This document shows positions 28,122 to 38,221 of a DNA stretch of 64,000 nt, one piece after another. The stretch's first letter is position 1, and every line of letters starts with the position of its first letter. Below the pieces are notes generated by a model. It had not been told where the DNA came from. It was given only the letters and a program-made list of their open reading frames with translations, and did not search any database. Made by a program: the position numbers and the translations under genes. The stretch lies in the IMG/VR virus record IMGVR_UViG_3300031616_000002, one strand, 5' to 3'. Source of the DNA: a virus.

Positions 28122-28748
28122 TTGAGCTCATACAACTGGATCCACGACGACGCGGGCCTCTTCGATGACGGCCAGCCGCTGTCCCGCGATGCCCGCCGCG
28201 CCCTCGCCTCCCTCGACAACATCTGCGGCACCCCCACCGGCTGGTACGGCCACAAAAAGTCCAACGAAGTACCGTGCTCCGACTGCGAAGCCGCGCACCT
28301 CAAACAGCCCGGCAGGCCCTCCGTCATCCGCGCCACCTGCGGAACCGAAAAGGGCTGGCGCGACCATCGCTGGCGCTCCGAACTGCCCTGCCCCGACTGC
28401 ATCGAAGCCAAGGACAAGGCGGACGCGGCGAAGTGCGGCAGCTATCCGGGATGGATGCTTCACCGCAGGCGCCGGGAGGCGCCGTGCGCGCCGTGTACGC
28501 GCGCGTCGGCGGAGTACCAGAACGCGCGCCTGCACGGCCGCTCCCGCCTGGCGGGAGCGGCCGGTTCCCTGGAGCTCCAGGAACGGCCCACCTGCCCCGT
28601 GTGCGGGCGCTCCGTGGCCTGGCAGCGCCCGGCCGGGCGGACCCCCCACGCAACCCTGTCGCGCCACAAAGAGGCGCTCGGTGCCGGGCTCGGTGCCGGG
28701 TGGTGCGGCGGGTCCTATGGGCCCAGCGACACCGGCGCGCTAGAATGA
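28122..28748 (+). CDS. Cys/His-rich protein with repeated CG...G...H.....C..C units
   Basis: Three repeats plus C-terminal CPVC..H..C. Confidence 0.6.
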   Translation: MSSYNWIHDDAGLFDDGQPLSRDARRALASLDNICGTPTGWYGHKKSNEVPCSDCEAAHLKQPGRPSVIRATCGTEKGWRDHRWRSELPCPDCIEAKDKADAAKCGSYPGWMLHRRRREAPCAPCTRASAEYQNARLHGRSRLAGAAGSLELQERPTCPVCGRSVAWQRPAGRTPHATLSRHKEALGAGLGAGWCGGSYGPSDTGALE

Positions 28749-28857
28749 GGCCCCGCCAGACATGCAGAGAGGGCCCCCCAGGCGCAACGGGAGGCCCTCT
28801 CTGGCATCCGCTCGACCCGACCACGACCCGGTGCAGGGACCATAACCGAGGAGCACG

Positions 28858-29463
28858 ATGATCAATACCGTAGCATCGCTCGACGACATCGCCGGTCGGG
28901 ACGTCCCGATCGATATCGACGAGGCCCGTCCCGTCCACGGGTACCCCCGGTACTTCGTGACGCGCGACGGGCGCATCAAAGGCCCGTCCGGCCGCTGGAT
29001 CAAGCCCTGGATCCCGAAGAAGAAGGGCGGCCCGCCGCTCGTCAACCTCTTCGATGCCATGGGCCGCAAGCGCTCGCACACGCTGCAGCGCGTCGTTCTG
29101 CTCGCCTGGGCCGGTCCGTGCCCGGACGGCATGGAAGCGGGGCGCCTCGACGGGGATGTCATGAACAACGACATCTCGAACCTGCGCTGGGAGCCGATCG
29201 GCACGAGCGCGTCGCGAGTCATCCGGCACTGGCCCGTCCCGCACGGCGAGCAGTCCAGTCGGTCCAAGCTCACCGAGGAGAACGTCCACGCGATCCGCCG
29301 CCTCATGCGGGAGGGCCGCCTGAACGGGCACGAGATCGGCGCACTCTTCGGTGTGTCCAACAGCGCCGTCTCGAAGATCCGCAGCGGCGAGTCGTGGGGC
29401 TGGTTGCCCGACCGGAGCCTGGATCCGGTGCAGGCCGAGGCCGGGGCCGGAGCGGATCAGTGA
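28858..29463 (+). CDS. NUMOD4-HNH-HTH endonuclease-like protein, possibly degenerate
   Basis: GYPRYFVTRDGRI; LAW.GPCPDGMEAGRLDGD..NN.ISNLRW; C-terminal HTH; expected His residues replaced. Confidence 0.7.
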   Translation: MINTVASLDDIAGRDVPIDIDEARPVHGYPRYFVTRDGRIKGPSGRWIKPWIPKKKGGPPLVNLFDAMGRKRSHTLQRVVLLAWAGPCPDGMEAGRLDGDVMNNDISNLRWEPIGTSASRVIRHWPVPHGEQSSRSKLTEENVHAIRRLMREGRLNGHEIGALFGVSNSAVSKIRSGESWGWLPDRSLDPVQAEAGAGADQ

Positions 29464-29850
29464 TGGCGTCCCGGTCCTTCCACGATGCGGCCCCGCATGC
29501 GTTCCGGCTCGCCATGCTGCTCCGGGAGATCCGGGCGGCTGGCTTCGATGTCCACACCGATGCCGAGGGTGTCGCGGTCTCCGGCACGGACGGGCACGTG
29601 CGCGTGTCGGCCGACGGCGCCGTCATCAGCTGCGGATGGGAGGACTGACCGCAAGCTCAACCAAGGAGTGGAAATGACTGACTGCAAGCAAGCCGATCCT
29701 GTTGCCGGTCCAGCGCTACCTGCGCCGCCGTCCCCTCGCCCCCTGCACCACGGCGGTGCAGAAGTCGGCGCGGATTGTCGACCGGAAGAGCGGCATGGTC
29801 AGCGCCTTCAACAGCAGCATTTGAACGGTCAACGAGAAGAGGCGGGACTG

Positions 29851-30471
29851 ATGCCGCAGCCGAGCGAGGCCGCGAGGCCGCCAGGCCTGAGCGAGGCGAG
29901 GCCGCAGCCGATCGGCTCCAGCTACATCCTGCTCGTCACCGGGAGCCGGGACATCCCGGCTCCCGGCCCTGGTGGGCATGCCGACGACGGGGTCCTGACG
30001 GTGTGGCGCCGCCTCGACGAGGTGCTGTACGGCGTGGCGAGGCCGTCAGGCGAGGCCGCCAGGCCGGAGCCAGGCCGTAGCCGGTCCGGGTGGTCCGCCC
30101 AGGGTCCCGGGGGCTTTGTGCTGCGGCACGGGTGCGCCCCCGGCGTGGACACCGTCGCGGGCGCGTGGGCCGCCGCCCGGGGCGTCGCCGTGGATGAGCA
30201 CCGCGCCGACTGGGACGCGTGCGGGCCCGACTGCCCGCCCAGCCCGTCACACCGGCGCCGTCGCACCGCCGCCGCGCTGCGCGCCCACCCGGGCTCCACG
30301 CCCGACTACTGCCCCGGCGCGGGGGGCCGTCGCAACCAGGCCATGGCCGATGCGCAGCCCCGCGCCCAGCTCTGCCTCGCCTTCCCGACGCCGTCCTCGC
30401 GCGGCACCTGGAACATGGTGCGGCGTGCGACGGCAGCCGGGATCGAGGTCGTGGTGCACCGGCTGCCCTGA
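29851..30471 (+). CDS. SLOG-family protein (DUF2493/YspA-like)
   Basis: LLVTGSRD, HGCAPGVD..A..WA, RRNQAM and CLAFP...SRGTWNMVRRA..AGI. Confidence 0.78.
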   Translation: MPQPSEAARPPGLSEARPQPIGSSYILLVTGSRDIPAPGPGGHADDGVLTVWRRLDEVLYGVARPSGEAARPEPGRSRSGWSAQGPGGFVLRHGCAPGVDTVAGAWAAARGVAVDEHRADWDACGPDCPPSPSHRRRRTAAALRAHPGSTPDYCPGAGGRRNQAMADAQPRAQLCLAFPTPSSRGTWNMVRRATAAGIEVVVHRLP

Positions 30472-30570
30472 ACGTGAAGAGGCCCGGCAGTTGACGCTGC
30501 CGGGCTCTCTGGATGTGACTGCGGCGACAGGGTCCACCATCGCCGGTACTACTAGCAAAGTGAATCTGCT

Positions 30571-30909
30571 ATGAACGAGCGTATCATGTCGGCGGCCGAT
30601 CCCCAGGACGAGTTCTGGCGTACACCCGTTCCGGCAGAGCTGTCATTCCCTATCGTCGCTGCCGTGCCCGACCGGCCGCAGTGGCTGTATCGCCTCTTCG
30701 ACAGCGAGGGGCGCCTCCTCTATGTCGGTGTCACCGACGATGTATGGCGCCGCGTCAACGAGCATGAGCGCAGCCAGGAGTGGGGGGATGACATCGTCCA
30801 GATGAGGCGGCATCGCTATCCCGGCCGTGCGGCAGCCCTGGCCGCCGAGAAGCGCGCCATCCAGACCGAGAAGCCGGTCCACAACATCGTTCATGCGGGG
30901 GCGTCCTGA
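30571..30909 (+). CDS. GIY-YIG nuclease-family protein
   Basis: LYRLFD.EGRLLYVGVT..V.RR..EH...A..AEKRAI..EKP.HN. Confidence 0.82.
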   Translation: MNERIMSAADPQDEFWRTPVPAELSFPIVAAVPDRPQWLYRLFDSEGRLLYVGVTDDVWRRVNEHERSQEWGDDIVQMRRHRYPGRAAALAAEKRAIQTEKPVHNIVHAGAS

Positions 30910-31547
30910 TGTTTGTAGCCCGCATCAACGGCGATCTCACGGGCGTGCCCACGGCCAGTGGCCAGCGCGGTAGCTGTCCGCAGTGCGGCAGCGAAGTTAC
31001 AGGACATTGCGGCGAGCAGAAGACTCATCATTGGGCCCATCTTCCAGGGGTCAGCGATTGTGATTCCTGGGGTTCCGGCCCCATGACTCAGTGGCATCTC
31101 GACTGGCAAGAGCGTGTGCCGATCGAGCAGCGAGAGGTAGTCATCGGAAATCATCGCGCCGACATTGTCGTGTACAACCCTAGTACGTGGCATCTACGTG
31201 TTGTTGAGTTTCAGCATTCATCTATCGGTGCTGATGAGATAAGAGCACGACAGGAGCACTACGGGGACATGCTGTGGGTCTTCGATGCTATCAATCCTTA
31301 CGAAGAGGGTCGACTCACCCTCAATCAGAAATCATCAGGAATTTATGGATTCAGATGGAAGCATGCCAGAACCTCCATCGAGGCATGTCTTCCACGGACT
31401 GTCATCCTCGATATTGGCGATGGTTTCGTACTCCTGGTTGGGGCCATGTGGTGGGAAGGTCGCTCCACGGGGTGGGGAATGCTCACGACCATAGAGGGAC
31501 TCACCAGGTATTGGCCGCACGCTAGCAATGAAGGACGGACGCAATGA
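30909..31547 (+). CDS. CoiA-like PD-(D/E)xK nuclease with zinc ribbon
   Basis: CPQC..HHWAH..C, HRADIV, VVEFQHSSI, MLWVFD. Confidence 0.75.
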   Translation: MFVARINGDLTGVPTASGQRGSCPQCGSEVTGHCGEQKTHHWAHLPGVSDCDSWGSGPMTQWHLDWQERVPIEQREVVIGNHRADIVVYNPSTWHLRVVEFQHSSIGADEIRARQEHYGDMLWVFDAINPYEEGRLTLNQKSSGIYGFRWKHARTSIEACLPRTVILDIGDGFVLLVGAMWWEGRSTGWGMLTTIEGLTRYWPHASNEGRTQ

Positions 31548-32926
31548 CGCCGGAAGAAGAGTTCTTGATGACCGGGTCATTCTCTGCGAACGGATCCATC
31601 CCGCAGAGCGTCGTCACCTGTCCTCATTGCTACGGCACACCGCCAAAGCATGGGACCCGATGCCCCCTGTTTCAGGCAACCATCATCATTCCGGAAGCCA
31701 CCCCGGAAATCCCCGAGGTGGTACCACGTCGTTTGGTCATCACTCCGGCTTCGGACATCCGGCTGCGACGCGTCTCCTGGCTCTGGGATACCACGCCCAA
31801 GGGGGCGCCCCCGACATCGCACGGCCGAATCCCCATGAATGCATTGACGATAGCGGCCGGACACGGCGGAACTGGGAAGACTCAGTTCGCCTGCTGGATG
31901 ACCGCACAGATCACCCGGGGCGTACTGCCGGGCGAACTCTACGGACGCCCGCACTCCGTCTTCTACGCCTCCACCGAGGATTCATGGTCGCAGACCCTCG
32001 CCCCACGACTCATCGCGGCAGGGGCCGACATGGATCGTGTATTCCGGATCGAGGTCCAAGATGACGGCGCTATGTCTGCACGCCTCACGCTGCCAATCGA
32101 TACATCCCTGCTCGGGCAGGCCGCCGAAGAGCACGACGCGGTGCTCTTCGTAGCCGACCCGCTGCTGTCGCTCCTCGACGACGGCATCAACGACTACCGC
32201 GCCCGAGAGGTCCGCTCGGCCCTGGAGCCATTGATCAGCTCTGCCGAACGACACCGTTTCACCATCCTCGGCATCGCCCACTTCACCAAGTCCGGCGGAG
32301 CTGATCCCCTCCAGCGCCTCGCCGGGTCAGGTGCGTTCGGCCAGATGATTCGATCGCTCATCGCCTTCTCGGAGGTGGAGAAGGACGACGAGGACGCGGA
32401 GCCGGAATTCGTCCTCTCCATCGAGAAGAACAACCTCGGCCGAGAGGGCCTGCCGAGCTTCAAGTATGCGATCCGATCTGCAACGGTTGACACCGACGAG
32501 GGGCCGTCGCTCGTATCCCGGTTCGATCTTGGCGACACATCGACGACGTCGGTGAAGGAGCAAATGATCAACGGCATGCAGCCGGAGATGGATCGGGGAG
32601 CCGTCACCGATGCCGCAGTGTGGCTGGAGGGATGGCTCGCAGACAACCACGGCCGAGATGCGGCGGGTGCTATCAAGAAGGCGGCCAGGGCAAACGGCTA
32701 TGCCGAACGTACCATTGACCGCGCAAAAAAGAAGCTTGGTTTGATATCCGCCCACTCCGGATTCGGCAAGGAGAGGAAGTCGGAATGGGTATTGCCGGAC
32801 TGGATTGATCCCGAAGCCGCCTGGGCGTCACCCAGATCCACTCCGGATGAGGGTGCGGAGCCGTCCGAGGTCGATGAAGTGCCTGAGCCTGATGTCCTGC
32901 CTGGTATTGATCATGATGTCGTCTAA
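31544..32926 (+). CDS. RecA-fold AAA_25/RepA-like helicase
   Basis: VSWLW..RIP...LTIAAGHGGTGKT (Walker A), VADPL (Walker B), AHFTK, GSGAFG..IRS. Confidence 0.85.
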   Translation: MTPEEEFLMTGSFSANGSIPQSVVTCPHCYGTPPKHGTRCPLFQATIIIPEATPEIPEVVPRRLVITPASDIRLRRVSWLWDTTPKGAPPTSHGRIPMNALTIAAGHGGTGKTQFACWMTAQITRGVLPGELYGRPHSVFYASTEDSWSQTLAPRLIAAGADMDRVFRIEVQDDGAMSARLTLPIDTSLLGQAAEEHDAVLFVADPLLSLLDDGINDYRAREVRSALEPLISSAERHRFTILGIAHFTKSGGADPLQRLAGSGAFGQMIRSLIAFSEVEKDDEDAEPEFVLSIEKNNLGREGLPSFKYAIRSATVDTDEGPSLVSRFDLGDTSTTSVKEQMINGMQPEMDRGAVTDAAVWLEGWLADNHGRDAAGAIKKAARANGYAERTIDRAKKKLGLISAHSGFGKERKSEWVLPDWIDPEAAWASPRSTPDEGAEPSEVDEVPEPDVLPGIDHDVV

Positions 32927-32936
32927 CGTCATGGCC

Positions 32937-33412
32937 CCCCATGTTCGCCAGGCCGCCTCATGCCACGGCACCGTCTTATGCCATGGCGCCCCCCATGTTC
33001 GCCAAGGCCCCCCATGTTCGCCAATCTTCGCCAATCTTCGCCAATCTTCGCCAGCCGCGCATGTTCGCCAATCTTCGCCAGCCCACCCCCATGTTCGCCA
33101 ATCTTCGCCAATCTTCGCCAATCTTCGCCAGTCGCCCCCCGGGGATCTGGCGAAGATGGATAGGGGCGCGCGCGCACGCGTACGTTCCTGGGTTGGCGAA
33201 CATGGTAATCATGGGGCCGACCTGCGGCTTTATATCTTCGCCACCCCTCGGTCTCTGGCGAACATGGGGCCGACCTGCGGCTTTGTGCTATCACCGCAGG
33301 TCGGCCCCATGTTCGCCAACCTCTCTCCATGTTCGCCAATCTTCGCCACTCTCTCTCTCTATCTTCGCCAATATATATATGCAGGTCAGATCTATCTTCG
33401 CCATCTTCGCCA
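32937..33412. repeat. Cluster of about 22 AT(C/G)TTCGCCA 10-mers, putative replication origin iterons
   Basis: Tandem runs of ATCTTCGCCA/ATGTTCGCCA, three inverted copies at about 33148-33267, ATATATATAT at 33371; lies directly after the helicase gene. Confidence 0.85.
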
Positions 33413-33562
33413 ACTCTGGATGTGTTCACGCGCGAGGCTGGCGACCATGGACACGACACATACTTTTGCAAGCAAGGGTACCCTTCCAAAAAAATCGCTC
33501 CAGACACAGGCCGTCGGACCCACCCCCGACGTTGAATCGCACCCGGATATGAAGCGAGGAAC

Positions 33563-34330
33563 ATGAAAGCCAAATGCGGATGCGGGCGTGGTGCCTACGA
33601 CGAAGATCGCTTCAAGGCGTGCTACTCCTGCTACGAAGACCGACGCTCCAACTATGACGCCTGCGTCATCTGCGGAGGGTGGCACAACCCCTCGTTCGCG
33701 TTGTGCTACAAGTGTCGCCAGGGCGAGGACAAGGAGGAGCGTGACGTTGCCGCTGCCGAGATGCGCGAACTGATCTTCAATCTCGACGGACGCATGTGCT
33801 GCCGGTGCGGCAGTAGCGCCTTCCTCCAGGTCGACCATATCCGCCCGTGCAAGAAGGGCGGCGGACCGCAGACCTGGAACCTGCAAACCCTGTGCCGCCC
33901 GTGCTGCTTCGACAAGAACGGGAAGTGGGACAACAACGCCACCATCGTCCTGATCGACCGCATGGTGATGTTCTACTCGTCCAGCATCCTCACGGCATTG
34001 CTCGAAGGCAACGAAGAGGCGCAACTCATCGCCGCCATGGACGACCTCATGAACACCACCGACTGGCGAAACCGACCCATGCCGCCCCACGACGCCGCCC
34101 GCATCCAGCGCTACATCGACGCGCACCCCGGGGCAGAGCGGCAGTTGGCTGGAGCGACATCGGCACCGGCGGCCGAAGCCATCCCGCCCCGCACCCCCGC
34201 CGTTGACATAGGCCCCTGCGCCGCATGCGCCACACCCATCGTCCGCTACGGCCCCGCAGCGCATGGCACACTCTGCCCCGGCTGCGTTGATAAGCTGCCG
34301 CCCAGCCGCTACAGGAAGAAGAGCCTGTGA
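33563..34330 (+). CDS. HNH endonuclease with additional zinc fingers
   Basis: CCRCGS..FLQVDHIRPC.KGG....NLQTLCRPC. Confidence 0.82.
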   Translation: MKAKCGCGRGAYDEDRFKACYSCYEDRRSNYDACVICGGWHNPSFALCYKCRQGEDKEERDVAAAEMRELIFNLDGRMCCRCGSSAFLQVDHIRPCKKGGGPQTWNLQTLCRPCCFDKNGKWDNNATIVLIDRMVMFYSSSILTALLEGNEEAQLIAAMDDLMNTTDWRNRPMPPHDAARIQRYIDAHPGAERQLAGATSAPAAEAIPPRTPAVDIGPCAACATPIVRYGPAAHGTLCPGCVDKLPPSRYRKKSL

Positions 34331-34764
34331 ACATCACCATCGATATCCCTGATCGCGACATCGAGCACGCCTACGCCCTGGGCATGACTACCGGCGATAT
34401 CTGCGATGTGATGCGCCTGGGCCTGCGCCGCCGCGTCACCCGGAGGGCGCCCTTCCGCGAGGGTGTCATCGAGCGACCATCCTCGATGGTGATCCTCGCG
34501 GCACGTCACCTCGACGAGACCGAGGGGCCGTGCCGCGAGGGGCATGTCCTGACACCCAATGACCGGAGTGCCATCACGACGGTGCTGCGCTACATCTCCG
34601 CCGCGAACACGGCGGCGGGAGTGGCACCGGAGGAGCCGAAGAGGCGGGACGGATGCCGCTGCTACCCGACGTCCTGGCACAACGTCTGCCCGTGCGGATG
34701 TGCCACGGACGATGCCGAGTGCCGCGCCATGGGATGCTGTGGCGTGAGGGGGAAGGATGAGTGA
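34327..34764 (+). CDS. Hypothetical protein with Cys-rich tail
   Basis: GTGA coupling. Confidence 0.45.
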   Translation: MNITIDIPDRDIEHAYALGMTTGDICDVMRLGLRRRVTRRAPFREGVIERPSSMVILAARHLDETEGPCREGHVLTPNDRSAITTVLRYISAANTAAGVAPEEPKRRDGCRCYPTSWHNVCPCGCATDDAECRAMGCCGVRGKDE

Positions 34765-34940
34765 CCCGTCAAGAAGGAGCGCCATGACTCTGTGCGGAGC
34801 GGTCGCTACATTCTGGTTCGACAATGAAGCCTGCGGGGCCGAATGCATGCTGTCCGCCTACCACGGCGGCACGGTGCATGAGGATGAGATGCTTGGCGAG
34901 TGGGACGAGAACGAGTTCATCACTGTCAAGAAGGAGCGTC

Positions 34941-35405
34941 ATGACTGATCGACCGAAGGCCCGCATCTACGACATGCAGGGGACATTGGTGGATGTCAGT
35001 TCCATCCGCCATATGGTCGAGGGCGAGGAGAAGAACTTCGACGCATTCCACTATGCGACGGCGGGATGCCCGCCGCATCAGTGGGTCGTCGATGCGATGC
35101 GGAAGGACTTCCTCGCTCACATCTACCCACTCGTGCTGACGGGCATGAATGCGAAGTTCAAGTCTGTCGTGAACTGGTGGCTGGCCGACAATAAGGCTCC
35201 GGCGCATCTGGTGATGACGCGGGCCGATGGCGACTTCCGCAAGGACTTCGTCATCAAGCGCGAGATGTACGATTATCTCATCCAGTACTACGACATCATC
35301 GGCGCGTACGACGACAACCCCGCCATCGTCGAGTTGTGGGAGAGCCTCGACTTGCCCACCATTGTCGTTCCCGGCTGGGACGCGGCACCGAAGGATGCAG
35401 CGTGA
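34941..35405 (+). CDS. HAD PNKP-phosphatase-like protein with altered motif I (DMQGT)
   Basis: IYDMQGTLVD, FDAFH...CPP, TR.DGDFRKDFVIKRE and AYDDNPAIVELW. Confidence 0.75.
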   Translation: MTDRPKARIYDMQGTLVDVSSIRHMVEGEEKNFDAFHYATAGCPPHQWVVDAMRKDFLAHIYPLVLTGMNAKFKSVVNWWLADNKAPAHLVMTRADGDFRKDFVIKREMYDYLIQYYDIIGAYDDNPAIVELWESLDLPTIVVPGWDAAPKDAA

Positions 35406-35621
35406 TAACACCGGGGGAGTACCGATCGATGAGGCCCTTCAAGGTCGTCACGTGGGGCTGCGACACGGCGAGGGAGGTTGGGTTCTACGACACCCGCGAG
35501 GAGATCGAGGATCTCCTCGCCGACCTGAAGGAGTCGCACCTCCATGTCGAGGTGTGGCGCTGGGACGAGGAGCTCGGCGGCCGAGTCGACGCCCTGCGCG
35601 TGGGGTGGGGTGAGAGCACCA

Positions 35622-36035
35622 ATGCCGGGCTTCCGCAATAGCGCCGCCCTGGCGACGTGCGGCAAGTGCAAGCAGGTCGTCCTCACCGGCTACGAAGGAG
35701 GCAGCCCCTTCACCATCGATCTCGCCGCCCTCGACACCACACAGGAGGTCTTGACTTATGCCGCGAAAGTGACCACCTATGCGCTGCATCACGCGAGCGA
35801 CCCCTCGCATATGCGCGTGAAGTACCGCACCCCGAAGTACATCGGCAACCCGCCACCGTCCGGCTATACCGTGCATCGGGCACACCCGTGTGCGGCGCGA
35901 ATGACGCCACTCGTCGAAGCGCCCCCTGCGGCACAGACCCGCACCCGGCCCGGCGCGTACAACCCCATCACCGGCATGCCGACCAACGGCATGCTGCCCT
36001 TCATCCCCGACGACAACATCCAACCGCCCTTTTGA
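35622..36035 (+). CDS. Zinc-binding hypothetical protein
   Basis: CGKC...HRAHPC. Confidence 0.55.
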   Translation: MPGFRNSAALATCGKCKQVVLTGYEGGSPFTIDLAALDTTQEVLTYAAKVTTYALHHASDPSHMRVKYRTPKYIGNPPPSGYTVHRAHPCAARMTPLVEAPPAAQTRTRPGAYNPITGMPTNGMLPFIPDDNIQPPF

Positions 36036-36485
36036 CGCTGGCAGGCCGGACAGCCTGCCCTTGACTGGAGCCGTCGTTACCACTGGAGCTGCCATGGAAT
36101 TGCCGCTCGCGAAGTGCGAGAAGTGCGGACTCGATGTCGCACCCGGAACCGGGGCATCACTCCATGTCCCCGGACAAGAACCGTGGGGCTGCCACTCCCG
36201 CGAGTACTGCCCCGCAGCACCATCATCCTGGGATGCGGCAGCCGGGCCCGCGCGGATCTACATGCCCGAAGAGGACTACGAGTTCGGGTCCGAAGGCGAC
36301 TATCGCGCCGACCTCCGCGACGATGTATCGCCCCGGATCCAGAACGGCGGCACCTTCAAGCGCAGCGAGTTCGACCGCCGACCCGGACAGCGGATATGGA
36401 AACACACCGTTAACGTCGGTTCCGGGATCGATGACTGGGAGGACGCGGCGTGCGACGGCTGATTGATGCGCTAGTGTTCCGACCC

Positions 36486-36863
36486 ATGCGAATCCACACT
36501 TCCATGGCACTCACCGGCGCTGCACTTCTGTCGCTCGCGGCATGCGCCAGCAGTCACCACACCACCGTCGTGGTGCCGTCCACGCACCCCGCCTCCGCCG
36601 CCACCACCATCCCGGTGCCGACGCACATCGCCACCATCACGCCCGTGGCCACCACCGCCGCACCGATGCCCAGCCACAAGGCCAGCGCCAGCGCATCGGT
36701 GATCGGGCTCTGCCACATCCGCACCGCCAAGGGCGCATGCTTCAGCGCGGGCCAGTTCTGTCCGGCCGCCACGGCTGGACGCACCACCACCGACCCGGCC
36801 AACCGGCCGATCACCTGCACCCTCGTCAAGGGTCACTACATCTGGAAGCTCTCGAAGGCCTGA
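36486..36863 (+). CDS. Putative lipoprotein, Thr/Pro-rich linker plus Cys-rich domain
   Basis: LSLAAC lipobox; C-terminal CH..T.KG.CFSAGQFC. Confidence 0.55.
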   Translation: MRIHTSMALTGAALLSLAACASSHHTTVVVPSTHPASAATTIPVPTHIATITPVATTAAPMPSHKASASASVIGLCHIRTAKGACFSAGQFCPAATAGRTTTDPANRPITCTLVKGHYIWKLSKA

Positions 36864-37251
36864 GGCTCGGAACGGAGAGGGCCCATGGCGACCCCTGGAG
36901 CGGGCTCAGGCGCGTCCGCAGGTGCATCCCGGTACCCCACGTCGACCGACGTGTCCCCAGGGCCGGAGACGGGCCCTCGGCCGTGCAGTCGCGAGGGCTG
37001 CACGGCATCGGCGGTGGCCGCCGTCCGCTTCCACCGCCAAGCCGGTCACGTCCACGAGTGCGCTGCGGACCTGGCCTACCTGCGCGAGTGGTGCGACATC
37101 GCCGAAGTCGCACCACTGCCGTGCCCGTGGGTGCACACCGAGACCCAGTGGATCGACTATCCCAGGGACCTGGAGTGACTCCCTGGCCCCCGGGCCCAGC
37201 ACGGGGGTAGCGTGGCGCTGTCGCTTTCCCCTTCGGTGATTCGGGGCACAA

Positions 37252-37569
37252 TTGAGGCCGACCCACGATGGCGCTCCGGAGCGCCCGGGTGCACTGCCGC
37301 CCGGCGCCATCACCCACGGCGCATGCACGGCCTGGTGGACCGGCGTCAGTCGCGCGCACTGTCCGGTTTGCTGCAGAACCTTCAGCGTGGACTCCGCCGC
37401 CGACCGGCATCGCGTCGGCGCGTACGGCCCCAACGGCGACCGGCACTGCGTCAGTCCCGCAGCGGTCGGACTGGTCGCCCGAGAGATGCCCTACGGGCTG
37501 CTCTGGAGCTGGCCGAGTCCGAGCGGTGACAAAGCCGCGCGCCTCGCCGAAGTGCGCGCCGCCGGATAG
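37252..37569 (+). CDS. FDXHR-like zinc-binding protein
   Basis: AHCPVCCRTFS..SAADRHR...C..P..VGL. Confidence 0.6.
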   Translation: MRPTHDGAPERPGALPPGAITHGACTAWWTGVSRAHCPVCCRTFSVDSAADRHRVGAYGPNGDRHCVSPAAVGLVAREMPYGLLWSWPSPSGDKAARLAEVRAAG

Positions 37570-37666
37570 ACTTTCGATCACGCCGCCGGGGGGTTCATTC
37601 GCTCGCACCTTCCGGCGGCGATCCGCCGCTGTCGATTCGCGGCGTCACGATCGAAGGGCGACGATC

Positions 37667-38221
37667 ATGGATTTTCCGACACCGAAGCACCCTGCGCTCA
37701 ACGCCGTGCATCGGCATCGGGCCGCGAAGCTCGAACTTCGCGTAGCCGACCTGATCACCGCCTTCGCGGGCACAATGAAATTTGTCTATATCCATGTCAT
37801 TGGGTTCACGGTATGGATGCTCCTCGCGGAGAAGTCGCCCTGGCCGACGCTCACCCTCGTGGTGTCGCTGGAGGCTATCTTCCTGTCGACCTTCATCCTC
37901 ATCGCCTCCAACCGGCAGTCGGACTTGCAGCGCGCCAAGGCAGACCACGACTACGTGGAGCAGGAGCAGGAACTCAAAGGCAATACCGAAATCACCCGTG
38001 CCGTCCATGAGTTGCAGATGACCATGGGGCTTGCCATCGAAGAACTCAACGCGAAGATCGACGGGCTCCCCAGGGCGAAGCCACCCCTGACATGCATCGA
38101 GGGATCTCCGCTACTGACCTGGGTCGAGACGTCGGCCGCCGACCTCTCGATGGAAGCCCTGGCCGAAAGGATCGGCTCGACACTGCCCGTCGGCATGCAC
38201 CAGAAGCCGGAGGCCGCGTGA
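37667..38221 (+). CDS. DUF1003-family membrane protein
   Basis: RVAD.ITAFAGTM.FVYIH...PWP.LTL.VSLEAIFLSTFILI.SNRQ. Confidence 0.85.
   Translation: MDFPTPKHPALNAVHRHRAAKLELRVADLITAFAGTMKFVYIHVIGFTVWMLLAEKSPWPTLTLVVSLEAIFLSTFILIASNRQSDLQRAKADHDYVEQEQELKGNTEITRAVHELQMTMGLAIEELNAKIDGLPRAKPPLTCIEGSPLLTWVETSAADLSMEALAERIGSTLPVGMHQKPEAA

Noticed and set aside
29860-30070. SEAARP repeats as a separate repeat system
   Set aside because: Three short low-complexity copies inside the SLOG gene with no regular period
32805-33573. Repeat-protein ORFs over the iteron cluster
   Set aside because: All six frames give repetitive peptides (FANLRQSSP, RLAKIGE), indicating a DNA-level repeat rather than a gene
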